Assembly (NCBI GenBank): GCA_963713865.1 | Contig: OY970208.1 | Coordinates: 128,001-192,000 of the forward strand | From: an uncultured candidate division Zixibacteria bacterium | GTDB lineage: Bacteria; Zixibacteria; MSB-5A5; RBG-16-43-9 | Reading direction: 5' to 3' | Length of the DNA: 64,000 bases | Part shown: piece by piece, positions 9,738 through 19,928 of the stretch | Layout of the letters: every line of letters begins with the position of its first letter | Position numbering within the stretch: position 1 is the first letter of the stretch | The notes under the pieces: model-generated | What the model was told of the DNA's origin: nothing | What the model saw: the letters and a program-made list of their open reading frames with translations, nothing else | The model's database searches: none | Program-made: the position numbers and the translations under genes

Positions 9738-10765
9738 ACGAAATCCTGATTGGCTTGGGAATTGTAGTCCTATTTATTATTCTGGGCTATCTTTCCAGAT
9801 ATATCCTAAAAAGGTATCTCAAAAAATATGCCGCTAAAACTGAAACCCAGTTGGATGATATTTTAATAAAAGCCCTCCACGGGCCAATTATAATTCTTTT
9901 TGTTATCGCTGGAATCTGGCTGGGAGGAGACTATCTAAAACTGCCAGAGAAGCTTCACCTGTATCTGATTAAAGGTTTGTTTATCTTCTTAGTAGCTGTC
10001 ACAGTTTACGTAAGCATAAAAATCATCAATAATCTGATTATCTATTATGGCAGCAGAAACGAAGCTTTGAAGCCAGTTGCCAATTTAAGCCAGAGAGTGG
10101 TTCAGTACCTGATCTTAGCCATAGGAATAATAATGGTCCTGGACTATTTCGGTATCTCGGTCTCTTCACTTTTAGCTACCTTAGGAATAGCTGGCCTGGC
10201 TGTGGCTTTAGCACTGCAGGACACCTTAGCCAATTTCTTTGCTGGACTTCATATAATGGCTGACCGCCCAATTGCTGCAGGCCATTACATTAAATTAGAA
10301 AGCGGAGAAGAAGGGTTTGTGGAGGAGATCGGCTGGAGAAGTACCCGGATTCGCTCTCTTCCAAACAACCTGATCATCATCCCTAATCAGAAGTTAGCCC
10401 AGAGTATCGTTACCAACTTCTCCTTACCGGAAAACAGGATGTCATTGCTTCTGAAAATCTCGGTCAGTTATAATGAAGACCCTAAAAGAGTTGAACAGGT
10501 CTTAGTAGAGGAAGCGTTAAAAGGAGCTGAGGAGATAGAAGGTCTCCTTAAAGAGCCTGCACCCTTTGTCCGCTTCATTCCTGGATTTGGAGACTATTCC
10601 TTGGACTTTACTTTGATCTGTCAGGTAGTAGATTTCGTCTCCCAGTATTATGTGCAGCATGAATTACGGAAAAGGATTTTTGACCGATTTAAAAAGGAAG
10701 GAATCGAGATTCCCTTCCCGATTCAAACTATATATTTAAGACAAATAGATAAACCTTTAAATTAA
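9725..10765 (+). CDS. mscS: Small-conductance mechanosensitive channel
   Basis: LGIAGLAVALALQDTLANFFAG, EEIGWRSTRI, IIIPN and GIEIPFP motifs. Confidence 0.92.
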   Translation: MDNLNEILIGLGIVVLFIILGYLSRYILKRYLKKYAAKTETQLDDILIKALHGPIIILFVIAGIWLGGDYLKLPEKLHLYLIKGLFIFLVAVTVYVSIKIINNLIIYYGSRNEALKPVANLSQRVVQYLILAIGIIMVLDYFGISVSSLLATLGIAGLAVALALQDTLANFFAGLHIMADRPIAAGHYIKLESGEEGFVEEIGWRSTRIRSLPNNLIIIPNQKLAQSIVTNFSLPENRMSLLLKISVSYNEDPKRVEQVLVEEALKGAEEIEGLLKEPAPFVRFIPGFGDYSLDFTLICQVVDFVSQYYVQHELRKRIFDRFKKEGIEIPFPIQTIYLRQIDKPLN

Positions 10766-10786
10766 AATTTATCTCAGGAGGGGAAA

Positions 10787-11461
10787 ATGCCAGAGAATCT
10801 ATCTCAATTTTTTGAAAGGCTGGGAGAGGTCTTAATCAGTATCTTAAATTTCTTGCCAACTTTAATCTTGGCTATACTCCTGCTGATTATAGGCTGGCTC
10901 CTCGCTAAGCTGATTCGCCTTTTAGTGATAAGACTTTTGAACATTTTCAAGTTTGACCGTTTGACAAAAAAGGGACCACAGGATGAACTTCGTCAAAAGG
11001 ACAGAACTAAAGCCAAGGAACTCATAGGAAATCTCTTCTACTGGCTTTTAATCTTCATCCTTTTAACTGTTGTGCTGGACGTGATAGGCTTGAATATCGG
11101 AGAACTGGTCTTAACCCGTGTTTCGGAGATACTCCCGAGGGTGTTTGTTGCTATAATGGTTTTGATTTTAGGATTGGTCTTAGCCATCTTTGTCGGAGAA
11201 ATAGCTCATGCTCTACTTCTGAACACCAGTATTAAACATCCTCAGATCTGGGTTCGGGGAATACGATGGCTCGCTTCAGCATTTGTGATAGTCCTGGCTT
11301 TAGAACAATTAGGCTTGGCTGCCCACTTAGTAATCAATTTGATTCTAATCTTAGCCGGAGCCATAGCCTTATCCTTTGCCTTAGCCTTTGGATTGGGGTG
11401 CAAAGATATTGCTAAGGATATAATAATCGAGTTTTTTAGGAAAGAAGAGGAAGAAAAATAA
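10787..11461 (+). CDS. Conserved TM-helix repeat membrane protein (CmpX/MscS-associated)
   Basis: Two FLP/ILP..AILLL..G TM repeats; C-terminal ALSFALAFGLGCKD. Confidence 0.7.
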   Translation: MPENLSQFFERLGEVLISILNFLPTLILAILLLIIGWLLAKLIRLLVIRLLNIFKFDRLTKKGPQDELRQKDRTKAKELIGNLFYWLLIFILLTVVLDVIGLNIGELVLTRVSEILPRVFVAIMVLILGLVLAIFVGEIAHALLLNTSIKHPQIWVRGIRWLASAFVIVLALEQLGLAAHLVINLILILAGAIALSFALAFGLGCKDIAKDIIIEFFRKEEEEK

Positions 11462-11463
11462 AT

Positions 11464-12246
11464 ATGGCAAAATCTCCGAAGGTTACTCCTTTCAGGTTTT
11501 TTACTTCAGTCCCTTTAGTGGAGCTGACTGGGCAGAAAGCTAAAAATCTTAAAGAACTTAAGGATATAATCGAGGTAATCGATGGCTCCTCCATCTATTT
11601 CCATACCCATCATTACGTTCGAGAGCATCATTTCTTCTCCGAGGAATATCCTTCAGATTTTGCCTACTGGGTGGCTGAGATTCTGCAGGAAAAACCATTA
11701 GGGGAGAAATTAGCCATCCTGGATCTGCGAGACTTCCCCACTATCCGTTCTTTGAGGGAGAAAATCTTAGGGCTAATCAGCGACTATCTGGATAAAAGCA
11801 GAGGGATTAGAGATGTACAGTCAGGGCTTGAGTTCCATTTTTGCAAAACAGTTAGCTTCATAATCTCCACTACTTATCAGGCAAACGATCTTTCGGAATT
11901 CAGAAGAGCTCTAGAAAAGGTCGATATTCATTCCCTCTATTACCATCTTATGGAATATCGCATCCGGGAGACCGGAGATTCGAATGACTTTTCTAAATGG
12001 ATCAGGGATAATTTGGGCAGGGAGACCTTAGCCAAAGCCATTGAAGACCTGGACCCTTATTTCTACCCACTGGAGCAGACCAAAGAAAAGATCCTGAAGA
12101 TCTTAGCTCGGGAAAGATACTTTGAGCGAGTAAAACATAAGCTTTCCAGCTACACCACCAGCACTGAGGTTGGTAAATTCCTCAAAAGTAAGAAAGGTTT
12201 TAACCGGCTTAAGGCCGGCTTCCAGAAATTAATGGGCGGGGAATAG
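11464..12246 (+). CDS. DUF5752-family protein (two internal repeats)
   Basis: Repeated A.NL.E...SIY(F/Y)H...(S/N)DF..W motif; lies directly upstream of treT. Confidence 0.75.
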   Translation: MAKSPKVTPFRFFTSVPLVELTGQKAKNLKELKDIIEVIDGSSIYFHTHHYVREHHFFSEEYPSDFAYWVAEILQEKPLGEKLAILDLRDFPTIRSLREKILGLISDYLDKSRGIRDVQSGLEFHFCKTVSFIISTTYQANDLSEFRRALEKVDIHSLYYHLMEYRIRETGDSNDFSKWIRDNLGRETLAKAIEDLDPYFYPLEQTKEKILKILARERYFERVKHKLSSYTTSTEVGKFLKSKKGFNRLKAGFQKLMGGE

Positions 12247-12251
12247 CTCTT

Positions 12252-13481
12252 ATGTATAAGAATATCTTGGAATACGGAAAAGTCATTGGTCAGCAGACCC
12301 TGGAGACCATCTTCAGAATAGCTGAGCGACTTTCAGACAAAAAGGTCAAGATGGTCAACTCCACTGCTGTGGGAGGCGGGGTGGCTGAGATCCTTAATCG
12401 TTTAGTCCCCCTGATGAATGAATTAGGGATTGAGACCTACTGGGAGGTGATCAAGGGGAATGAGGAGTTCTTCAATATAACCAAAACCATTCACAATAGC
12501 CTGCATGGTAAAGAAGAACCTATAACCCCTCATATGAAAGAGGTCTTCTTAGAGGTGAATCGTGCCAATGTTAAGCTCATGAATTTCGACGAAAACTATA
12601 TCTTTATCCACGATCCCCAACCCATCGCCCTGATCGAGCAAAGAAATAACCATGAAGCCAAGTGGATCTGGCGTTGCCATATCGATGTCTCTTCCCCCTA
12701 TGAGCCGGTCTGGAACTTTATAAAAAACTATGTGGAAAGATATGATGTCTCCATTTTCTCAGCTCCAAGTTTTGCCCATGAGCTGAAAATCCCTCAGTAT
12801 CAGATCTCCCCCTCCATAGACCCTTTGAGCTTAAAAAACAGAGAGGTATCTCTTAGGGAGATCGAAAATTTATTACAGAAATATAAAATTGACCCAGAGC
12901 GTCCTATCATTACCCAGATCTCCAGATTCGATAAGCTCAAGGATCCTTTAGGAGTGATCGAGACTTATAAATTGGTGAAAAAAAGCATCGACTGTCAACT
13001 CATCTTAGCTGGAGGAACTGCAACCGATGATCCAGAGTCAGTGGAGATCTTGCCTCAGATATTATCCCGGGCAGAAGGAGACCCGGATATTCATATTATC
13101 GAGCTTCCTCCGAATTCCGATTTAGAGGTAAATATTTTACAGCGAGCTTCTACCATCATCCTTCAGAAATCCTTAAAAGAGGGTTTTGCCTTAACTGTGA
13201 CCGAAGCTTTATGGAAGAAAAAGCCGGTGGTGGCTTCTGCAGTAGGAGGAATTCCTTTACAGGTGATTCATAACTACACTGGACTTTTAGTCCATTCGAT
13301 TGAGGGTGCATCTTATAAGATAAGGTATCTTCTAAATAACCCTGCCCTGGCAAGGAAATTAGGAGAAAACGGACAGCAACATGTCCGGCACAATTTTTTG
13401 ATCACCCGCCATCTGAGAGACTACCTATTACTCCTCATAGCCTTGAATCATCCCAATCAGAGCATAATAAATTTAGGATAA
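12252..13481 (+). CDS. treT: Trehalose glycosyltransferring synthase (GT4)
   Basis: VNSTAVGGGVAEIL, IHDPQP, WIWRCHID, QISRFDKLKDPLGV and EGFALTVTEALWK motifs. Confidence 0.9.
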   Translation: MYKNILEYGKVIGQQTLETIFRIAERLSDKKVKMVNSTAVGGGVAEILNRLVPLMNELGIETYWEVIKGNEEFFNITKTIHNSLHGKEEPITPHMKEVFLEVNRANVKLMNFDENYIFIHDPQPIALIEQRNNHEAKWIWRCHIDVSSPYEPVWNFIKNYVERYDVSIFSAPSFAHELKIPQYQISPSIDPLSLKNREVSLREIENLLQKYKIDPERPIITQISRFDKLKDPLGVIETYKLVKKSIDCQLILAGGTATDDPESVEILPQILSRAEGDPDIHIIELPPNSDLEVNILQRASTIILQKSLKEGFALTVTEALWKKKPVVASAVGGIPLQVIHNYTGLLVHSIEGASYKIRYLLNNPALARKLGENGQQHVRHNFLITRHLRDYLLLLIALNHPNQSIINLG

Positions 13482-13491
13482 ATTTGAGCCT

Positions 13492-13571
13492 GTAACTGCT
13501 CGATTCATCGAGTAAAGTTGCACGATAAATTGGGCAACTACAAAAAAGACAGGCAAGGATGCCTGTCTACA
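13492..13571. repeat. REP-like palindromes between convergent genes
   Basis: TGCTCGATTCATCGAG ... TTGCACGATAAATTGGGCAACTAC and GACAGGCAAGGATGCCTGTC; same families as at 7003-7227. Confidence 0.7.
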
Positions 13572-13605
13572 ACTTCCCTATCTACTGTATGCTGTCTACT
13601 GTCTA

Positions 13606-14742
13606 CTAATTCGCTACCTTTTTCGCCAGCCAGCTTTTCTCTAAATAAATCGCTTTCTGCGGGCAGAGTTCCTGACAGCACATACAGTTGACGCATCTGG
13701 AATAATCAAACACCGGTCTTGTCTTCCCCGGAGAGATAGTTTTAAGGGGGCAGTTCTCTACACAGATATTACAATTGGTGCAGGTGCCATTATAGATATT
13801 CGGACGAACCCAGATCAAAGGTCCGATTATATCCACTAAAAACTTGGGTACAAGTTTCAGAAACCTATTAGACGGCAGTTTGAAAGAGACAGGCTTAATA
13901 TTTTCTATCTTTTCACCGGCAATTTCAATTTGAGAAAAATTGGCTATACCCAGACCTCTTTTCACCGCTATTTTAGTAGAATCTACCTCTCCTTCTTTAA
14001 AACCTAATACTTTTGCCGCTACTGTATCCATTGCCACTGCATCCTCGCCAGCTAAAAGAAAGCCTAAATATTTAGGCTCACCCGAAGCAGGACCATCCCC
14101 CTCCATCCCTACCACAGCATCCACTAAAGTAATTCTTGGCTTTACTAAAGAGAAAATGTCAACAATAACCTCTGCGAAATTTTCTGGCTTGGGTGCTTCC
14201 TTATGATATTCACCTTTCCTGAAACCGGGAATTACCCCAAACATATTTTTAACCCCACCGGTCATTAAAGTAAGCGTATGAGTCTTAAGCTTGGCTAAAC
14301 TAATTATAACATCTGCTTCCAAAGCCGGGCGGGCAATATAATAACTCTTACCGGTTTGAGATATTCTTTTTTCCACCCCTTTTTCCTCAAATGAAACCAA
14401 AGGTACTGAACTATTCTGTGAGGCCAGGCTCATCTGGGTATTGTCCCAGACCCTTTTTACCCCTCTATCTGCACCACCTGGACTGTCTCCGATAAAAGGG
14501 ATAGCCTTTAAAGCTAAAACCTCTTCTGCTACAGCCTGAACAATTGTTGGATGGGTAGTGATGGCACGGGATGGATCTTTGGCTGACAGAAGATTGGGTT
14601 TGATTAAAACCCTATTACCAGGTTTGACAAACCTATGCAACCCTCCCAGATTTTCAAAAGACCTTTTTACTGCACCTCTTGTATTATCCAGAAGGTAATC
14701 ATCACATCTTTCTATTGAAACTCTGCTCTTCATCTTTATCAT
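13606..14742 (-). CDS. DUF362 domain plus 2x[4Fe-4S] ferredoxin protein
   Basis: VLIKPNL, TTHP, KLKTH, GGVKNMFG, GMEGDGP; C-terminal CTNCNICVENCP and CVNCMCCQELCP. Confidence 0.9.
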   Translation of the reverse strand: MIKMKSRVSIERCDDYLLDNTRGAVKRSFENLGGLHRFVKPGNRVLIKPNLLSAKDPSRAITTHPTIVQAVAEEVLALKAIPFIGDSPGGADRGVKRVWDNTQMSLASQNSSVPLVSFEEKGVEKRISQTGKSYYIARPALEADVIISLAKLKTHTLTLMTGGVKNMFGVIPGFRKGEYHKEAPKPENFAEVIVDIFSLVKPRITLVDAVVGMEGDGPASGEPKYLGFLLAGEDAVAMDTVAAKVLGFKEGEVDSTKIAVKRGLGIANFSQIEIAGEKIENIKPVSFKLPSNRFLKLVPKFLVDIIGPLIWVRPNIYNGTCTNCNICVENCPLKTISPGKTRPVFDYSRCVNCMCCQELCPQKAIYLEKSWLAKKVAN

Positions 14743-14863
14743 CTCTTATTTCAATTCCCAACGGGTATCCTCGCCCTGCCTCAAGGTAAGATCGACCCAT
14801 GTTGGTGGCAATATGGGTCTAACGATTTTCCCGTTTCACATCTTCCATCTAATGTCTTACTTC

Positions 14864-15733
14864 TTACGCCTTACTTTTTACCTTTTTAATTCTTACCTTT
14901 ACTATCCTCTGCCCTTTCACCCTTTCTACCTGAAAGCTCAACCCTTTATATTCGATCATTTTCCCCTCCTCCGGAACCCCACCTACCAGATCATAGATTA
15001 AGCCACCTACTGTCTCAAACTCTTTTTCCGGTAGATCTAACTCCAGGAATTCATTAAGGTCGTGAATACTTACCTTTGCCGCAACCTTAAAGTTATCTTC
15101 ATCGACCTTCTGTATGGGTGGGTCGCTTTTATCATACTCATCCTCTATCTCACCTACGATCTCTTCTAAAATATCCTCCAAGGTTATCAGACCAGCGGTT
15201 CCGCCATATTCGTCCACTACAATCGCTAAATGCACCTTCTCTTTTCTCATCTCCTGCAGGAGCTCGTCGATCTTCTTATTCTCCGGGACAAAATGAGCTT
15301 TGCGTGCCAATCTTGACCAATCTACCTTTTCCTTATATTCTTTTTCTCCCAGGAAAAGGTCTTTTACAAATACGATTCCGATTATCTGATCAATAGACTC
15401 ACGGAAAAGAGGAATGCGAGAATGTCCTTTCTTCTTTACCAGCTCTCTAATTTCCTCTAAGAGTGTGCCTTCCTCTATACAAACCATATCGATCCTGGGT
15501 ACCATTATTTCCTTAACCCTTGTTTTCCCTAATTCGAAGATGCTGTGGATCATCTTTTTCTCGTCTTCTTCTAAGGTCTGAACCTTCTCCCCTTCTGCAA
15601 AGGCTAAAGATTCCATTGCCTCTTCAACTCTTTCTTCTTTAGTTTTCCTGGCGTCTCCTAACCTGTAAGGGTATTTACAGGCCCTGATCAAAAGTTTAAG
15701 CAGAGGGTTTAATATCTTCCGGGTTAAATTCAT
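14864..15733 (-). CDS. CBS-pair/CorC-HlyC protein (YbeX/CorC-like)
   Basis: [50 protein letters not shown]; follows ybeY. Confidence 0.9.
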   Translation of the reverse strand: MNLTRKILNPLLKLLIRACKYPYRLGDARKTKEERVEEAMESLAFAEGEKVQTLEEDEKKMIHSIFELGKTRVKEIMVPRIDMVCIEEGTLLEEIRELVKKKGHSRIPLFRESIDQIIGIVFVKDLFLGEKEYKEKVDWSRLARKAHFVPENKKIDELLQEMRKEKVHLAIVVDEYGGTAGLITLEDILEEIVGEIEDEYDKSDPPIQKVDEDNFKVAAKVSIHDLNEFLELDLPEKEFETVGGLIYDLVGGVPEEGKMIEYKGLSFQVERVKGQRIVKVRIKKVKSKA

Positions 15734-15887
15734 TTATTATTCCTTACTTTGTGTTAGTACTCCAACCAAGGTAAATTTTGGGAGAGAACTGCTGGAGTGT
15801 GAAGCTTTAGCTTTACTTTTTGGCAAACCTAAAGGTTCGCACTCTAAAAACTATTTTTTTAAATCTCCGTGTAAATGTTCCAGTGAA

Positions 15888-16313
15888 TTAAGAAAATATA
15901 TACTCCTCTTCTTTTTCTCTCATCCTTTCTTCATCTTTTTTATTCTTATGTTCATATCCTAAAAGATGTAGAACTCCGTGAGCAACCAATCTTTTCAATT
16001 CCTGTTCAAATGGCACCCGATAATATTCTGCCTGATTTATGGCTTTATCTACAGATATATATACTTCTCCCAGGAAAGTACCTTTGCCTTTTAAGGTATC
16101 CTTCTCTCTGAAACCAAAAGAAAGCACATCCGTAGTCCCTTTCCTTCTGGTAAATCTCTGATTCAGTTTTTTCATATAACCATCAGAGACTAAAATTATA
16201 TTCAAATCACCTCTTTCTTTGAAATCTCTTAAGATCTTCTGAGCTAATTTTTTAAAAGATAGTAGTTTTATCTTTGAATCAGACGAAATATTCTCAATAA
16301 ATACCGGACACAT
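15888..16313 (-). CDS. ybeY: rRNA maturation endoribonuclease YbeY
   Basis: TDVLSF, LGEVYIS and HGVLHLLGYEH motifs. Confidence 0.93.
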   Translation of the reverse strand: MCPVFIENISSDSKIKLLSFKKLAQKILRDFKERGDLNIILVSDGYMKKLNQRFTRRKGTTDVLSFGFREKDTLKGKGTFLGEVYISVDKAINQAEYYRVPFEQELKRLVAHGVLHLLGYEHKNKKDEERMREKEEEYIFS

Positions 16314-17795
16314 CTAACTTTCCTCTACTAATTCCGGATAATCGATCCGGGGATGGAAAACTCCGATCAAAATGGGTAGGAAACTCTCCTCGATGATATG
16401 CAGGTCCTTTAAGGTAAGCTCGCACTCCTCTAATTCACCCTGCTCAAATTTATCCATCATTATCTTTTTGATCAGACTCATTATCCTGGCAGGTTTGGGC
16501 TCCTCTAAAGTGCGGGAGGCCGCTTCAACTGCATCCGCTATCATAAGGATGGCTGCTTCTTTGGAACGAGGTTTAGGACCAGGATACCTGTATTCAACTT
16601 CTTCAGTCTCAGTACCTCCCTTCTCTAATGCTTTTTTATAGAAAAAAGTCATCAGGGTCGTGCCGTGGTGTTCACGAATCAGATCGACTATTTTTTTGGG
16701 CAGTCGTTCTTCTTCTGCCAGCTCAGCTCCCTCCTTGACATGCGATTCCAGGATCAGAGCACTCATCGAGGGTGTAAGCTTCTCGTGCTTGCTCTTTGCT
16801 CCCATCTGATTCTCCACAAAATATTCCGGTTTCTCGATTTTACCTATATCGTGATAATAAGCCCCTACCCGTGCAAGAAGAGGATTCGCACCTAAGGATT
16901 TGGCTGCTGCCTCAACTAAATTTCCTACCACTATGCTGTGATGATAGGTCCCCGGGGCTTCCAGAGCCAGCCTTTTTAAAATAGGCCGATTCAGGTCTGA
17001 AAGCTCCAGCAGAGTAACATCGGTAGTGATATCAAATAGATATTCGAAGATCGGCAGAAGCCCCATAGCCAGAACTGTGGATATGAAACCGTTGAAAACT
17101 CCATATCCACATTTCTCTAATATATCCTGAGCTACCGTCCCTTTTAAGACTTCAAAAAAATAGACCATCACTAAATAGCTTAAGGAGATATAGAGCATCG
17201 GCCGGTAAAACTTGGTCCTTTCCTTTACTCCTCTTATGCTGAAAGTCGCCACGCTCCCCGCCACAACTGATAAAAAAGCTAAATTGAAACTTAGGTTGAA
17301 AACGATTCCCAAAAGGAATCCTATCAGAAAACTGTAAACCAGACCTATCTCATATCCTAAAAGGAGGGTCAAAAGCATCGAGCCCAGGGTAACTGGTATG
17401 AGATAAAAAGAGAAATTCCACTGGAATACCAGAAAATACGCTAAAGCCAGCTCTATTACTATCAGGAGTGCTATCATCATCAATTCAGAGAAGCTATCTA
17501 AAACCTCTTTTTTCAATAAATAGAGGAAAATCAGGAAAAAAAGAAAAGCTGATAGTATCAGAACAAAACGAATCAGAAAAGGTAGGATAACCTGCCAGGG
17601 AGTTAAAAACAGCTCCTGGTTTTCCGAAAATTGATATATAGGCTCTAAGGGGAAAAGAAAGGTTATGAAAAGCACCACAACTAACCCCAAGCCAACTCTG
17701 GGAAAATAACTCAAAACACTTTTGTCCTTTTTCTTTTCTCCATTTAAAAATAAAATACCCTTAAGCTTTCTTTTTAATTTAAGCAAATCACTCAT
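16314..17795 (-). CDS. 7TM-HD (HDIG) phosphohydrolase, PgpH-like
   Basis: LLELSDLNRP, APGTYHHS, YYHDIGK, HHGT, YRYPGPKP and MIADAVEAASR motifs; multiple TMs. Confidence 0.9.
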   Translation of the reverse strand: MSDLLKLKRKLKGILFLNGEKKKDKSVLSYFPRVGLGLVVVLFITFLFPLEPIYQFSENQELFLTPWQVILPFLIRFVLILSAFLFFLIFLYLLKKEVLDSFSELMMIALLIVIELALAYFLVFQWNFSFYLIPVTLGSMLLTLLLGYEIGLVYSFLIGFLLGIVFNLSFNLAFLSVVAGSVATFSIRGVKERTKFYRPMLYISLSYLVMVYFFEVLKGTVAQDILEKCGYGVFNGFISTVLAMGLLPIFEYLFDITTDVTLLELSDLNRPILKRLALEAPGTYHHSIVVGNLVEAAAKSLGANPLLARVGAYYHDIGKIEKPEYFVENQMGAKSKHEKLTPSMSALILESHVKEGAELAEEERLPKKIVDLIREHHGTTLMTFFYKKALEKGGTETEEVEYRYPGPKPRSKEAAILMIADAVEAASRTLEEPKPARIMSLIKKIMMDKFEQGELEECELTLKDLHIIEESFLPILIGVFHPRIDYPELVEES

Positions 17796-17978
17796 ATAAT
17801 CTTCTTATCTATTTTTTACATTTCTGTTTTCCGACGGGTCAGGGGACCCGACGAGCACACGCAATTTTGTATGTTTCCTAACCGACTTTAGCCAGGTCTC
17901 ACTAATACCACTAAAGTGACTTTAAACGATTTTAAATCTTTTCCCTTTGAACTGTTGAACTATTGAACCTTTGAACTT

Positions 17979-18947
17979 TTATTGTTTTTCTGCCTCATAT
18001 CTATCATAAGCCTTAATGATATCCTGAACCAGTTTATGCCTGACCACATCCCTTTCTGTTAGATAGATAAATTCTATCCCTTTGATTCCGGCTAAAATCT
18101 TCTGAATCTGCACCAGGCCTGATGCTTTCTTATCCTCTAAATCGATCTGGGTTATATCCCCGGTTATTACCGCTTTGGAATTAACTCCTAAACGAGTTAG
18201 AAACATTTTCATTTGAGCCACAGTGGTATTCTGAGCTTCATCTAAGATAACATAAGCGCTATTTAAGGTCCTGCCACGCATAAAGGCTAATGGCACTATC
18301 TCGATTATCCCCAACTCCATCAATTTTCTAATCTTTTCGGCAGAAAGCATATCATGCAGAGCATCATAGACCGGACGCAAATATGGGTCAACTTTAGCTC
18401 TGATATCGCCGGGAAGAAATCCTAAGCTTTCCCCTGCCTCTACTGCCGGACGCACCAAAACTAACCTGATCACCAGTCTATTTTTTAAAGCCGCTACTGC
18501 TTTAGCCACTGCTAAATAGGTCTTGCCCGTCCCTGCAGGACCAATGGAGAATACGATATCATATTGATCCATTGCGCGAACATAATCTTTTTGCCCGACC
18601 GTCCTGGGCTGGATACTCTCTTTAGTAAAAATTGATGTTACCAGAGTAGACACCTGTAAATCATTGATAGAGCCAACTTCCTCTTCCTTTACCAGGGAGA
18701 TAGCATAAAGCAGGTATTTTTCAGAAAGCTCTTTATTCTTTTTCAGGTGAGCGATCAGGTTATCGAACAAAGCCTCTAACTGCCCTATCTCCTTTTCCTT
18801 TCCTTCGAGGATGATATTATCCCCCCGTGCTATTATCTTAACATCGAACTGGCTTTCGATCATCCTCAAAAATGAACCCCCCTGCCCGAATAAAATCCTC
18901 TGGTCCACATCCCCCAGATCGATTTTTTTGATTAATTTTTTCTTCAA
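17979..18947 (-). CDS. phoH: PhoH-family ATPase
   Basis: GPAGTGKTYLA, RPAVEAGESLGFLPGD, PLAFMRGRTL and DEAQN motifs. Confidence 0.95.
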   Translation of the reverse strand: MKKKLIKKIDLGDVDQRILFGQGGSFLRMIESQFDVKIIARGDNIILEGKEKEIGQLEALFDNLIAHLKKNKELSEKYLLYAISLVKEEEVGSINDLQVSTLVTSIFTKESIQPRTVGQKDYVRAMDQYDIVFSIGPAGTGKTYLAVAKAVAALKNRLVIRLVLVRPAVEAGESLGFLPGDIRAKVDPYLRPVYDALHDMLSAEKIRKLMELGIIEIVPLAFMRGRTLNSAYVILDEAQNTTVAQMKMFLTRLGVNSKAVITGDITQIDLEDKKASGLVQIQKILAGIKGIEFIYLTERDVVRHKLVQDIIKAYDRYEAEKQ

Positions 18948-19003
18948 GATTTTTCTTGATTACCTCCTCTAAATCTAAATTGTTCTGACATGCTCAGTGC
19001 TGG

Positions 19004-19732
19004 TCAGGTCCCCTGAAAAGACTCCTCGCGTACGAGAGTATCACTGTCCTCAGTAAAATACAATTTTAGATTAGTATCTTTGGATTCTTTAAACCTTAAT
19101 ACATTCTCATAATATTGAATTCTAAACCTTCTTTTTGCTCCATTTGCTTCAATTTTCTTAGTTTCTACGCGACTAGGATTTCCAATCTCTTTCTCTACTT
19201 CTTCTCGAGTCATTCCAAGCTTCAAATCTAATCCTAGTCTTAAAGGTTTAGAAGAATATCCTTCTTTTATTAAAGCCCCGTTCTCAAACATAAGATTTCG
19301 AATATGAGTACCCGTCTGACCACTTGTAGAAACAGAATAATGCAGTAATTTTATCGTTCCTTTCTGGTGAATCGATGAAGGTGCACCTATACTTTCCATC
19401 ACCTGTTCTTCGGTCATTCCTTTAATAACTCTACCCTCAAGAAAAGCGTTGGCGATTCCTGCACCCCATTTTTGATACCATATTGGATATAAGGCAATTT
19501 TTTTGTTCCCTGCAATACTTTCAGTTAAATCACTCGATATTTTCGCAATTGTTAAATACAAAACACCGCCAAAGATAGCAGCAAATATTAGACCAATACC
19601 TGGAATTACAAATGGGTGAGACCCCTCACCATAACCTGTCGAGTGACTAATCATAACAATTCCTGCAATAGTACCTGCAATCATCAATATCCAAGCAAAA
19701 GCAGATAATGCCTGAGCATATGAGTTTTTCAT
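19004..19732 (-). CDS. Hypothetical membrane protein: 2 TM plus two SmpA/BamE(BLIP)-like repeats
   Basis: GMTEEQVMESIGAP and GMTREEVEKEIGNP repeats; strong AGGAGG RBS. Confidence 0.6.
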   Translation of the reverse strand: MKNSYAQALSAFAWILMIAGTIAGIVMISHSTGYGEGSHPFVIPGIGLIFAAIFGGVLYLTIAKISSDLTESIAGNKKIALYPIWYQKWGAGIANAFLEGRVIKGMTEEQVMESIGAPSSIHQKGTIKLLHYSVSTSGQTGTHIRNLMFENGALIKEGYSSKPLRLGLDLKLGMTREEVEKEIGNPSRVETKKIEANGAKRRFRIQYYENVLRFKESKDTNLKLYFTEDSDTLVREESFQGT

Positions 19733-19837
19733 CTTCCCTCCCTAAATTTAATAATTAATTTTCAATCTCTTGCTATCTGTCCGCGACTTTACTTTACATA
19801 CCCAGGTTACCTTTTCACGCGATCATTTTCTTTTCTC

Positions 19838-19927
19838 GTAGCGCGAGGCTTTTAGCCTCGCAATGCGACCCTGAAAGGGTCGCGCTACGAACTTCCCTCT
19901 CCTCGTAGGAGAGGGATTAAGGGTGAG
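19838..19927. repeat. REP-like doublet plus CCCTCTCC palindrome
   Basis: GTAGCGCGAGGCTTTTAGCCTCGC...GCGACCCTGAAAGGGTCGCGCTAC followed by CCCTCTCCTCGTAGGAGAGGG; relatives at ~35739, ~38800-38837 and ~50116. Confidence 0.7.
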
Positions 19928-19928
19928 G

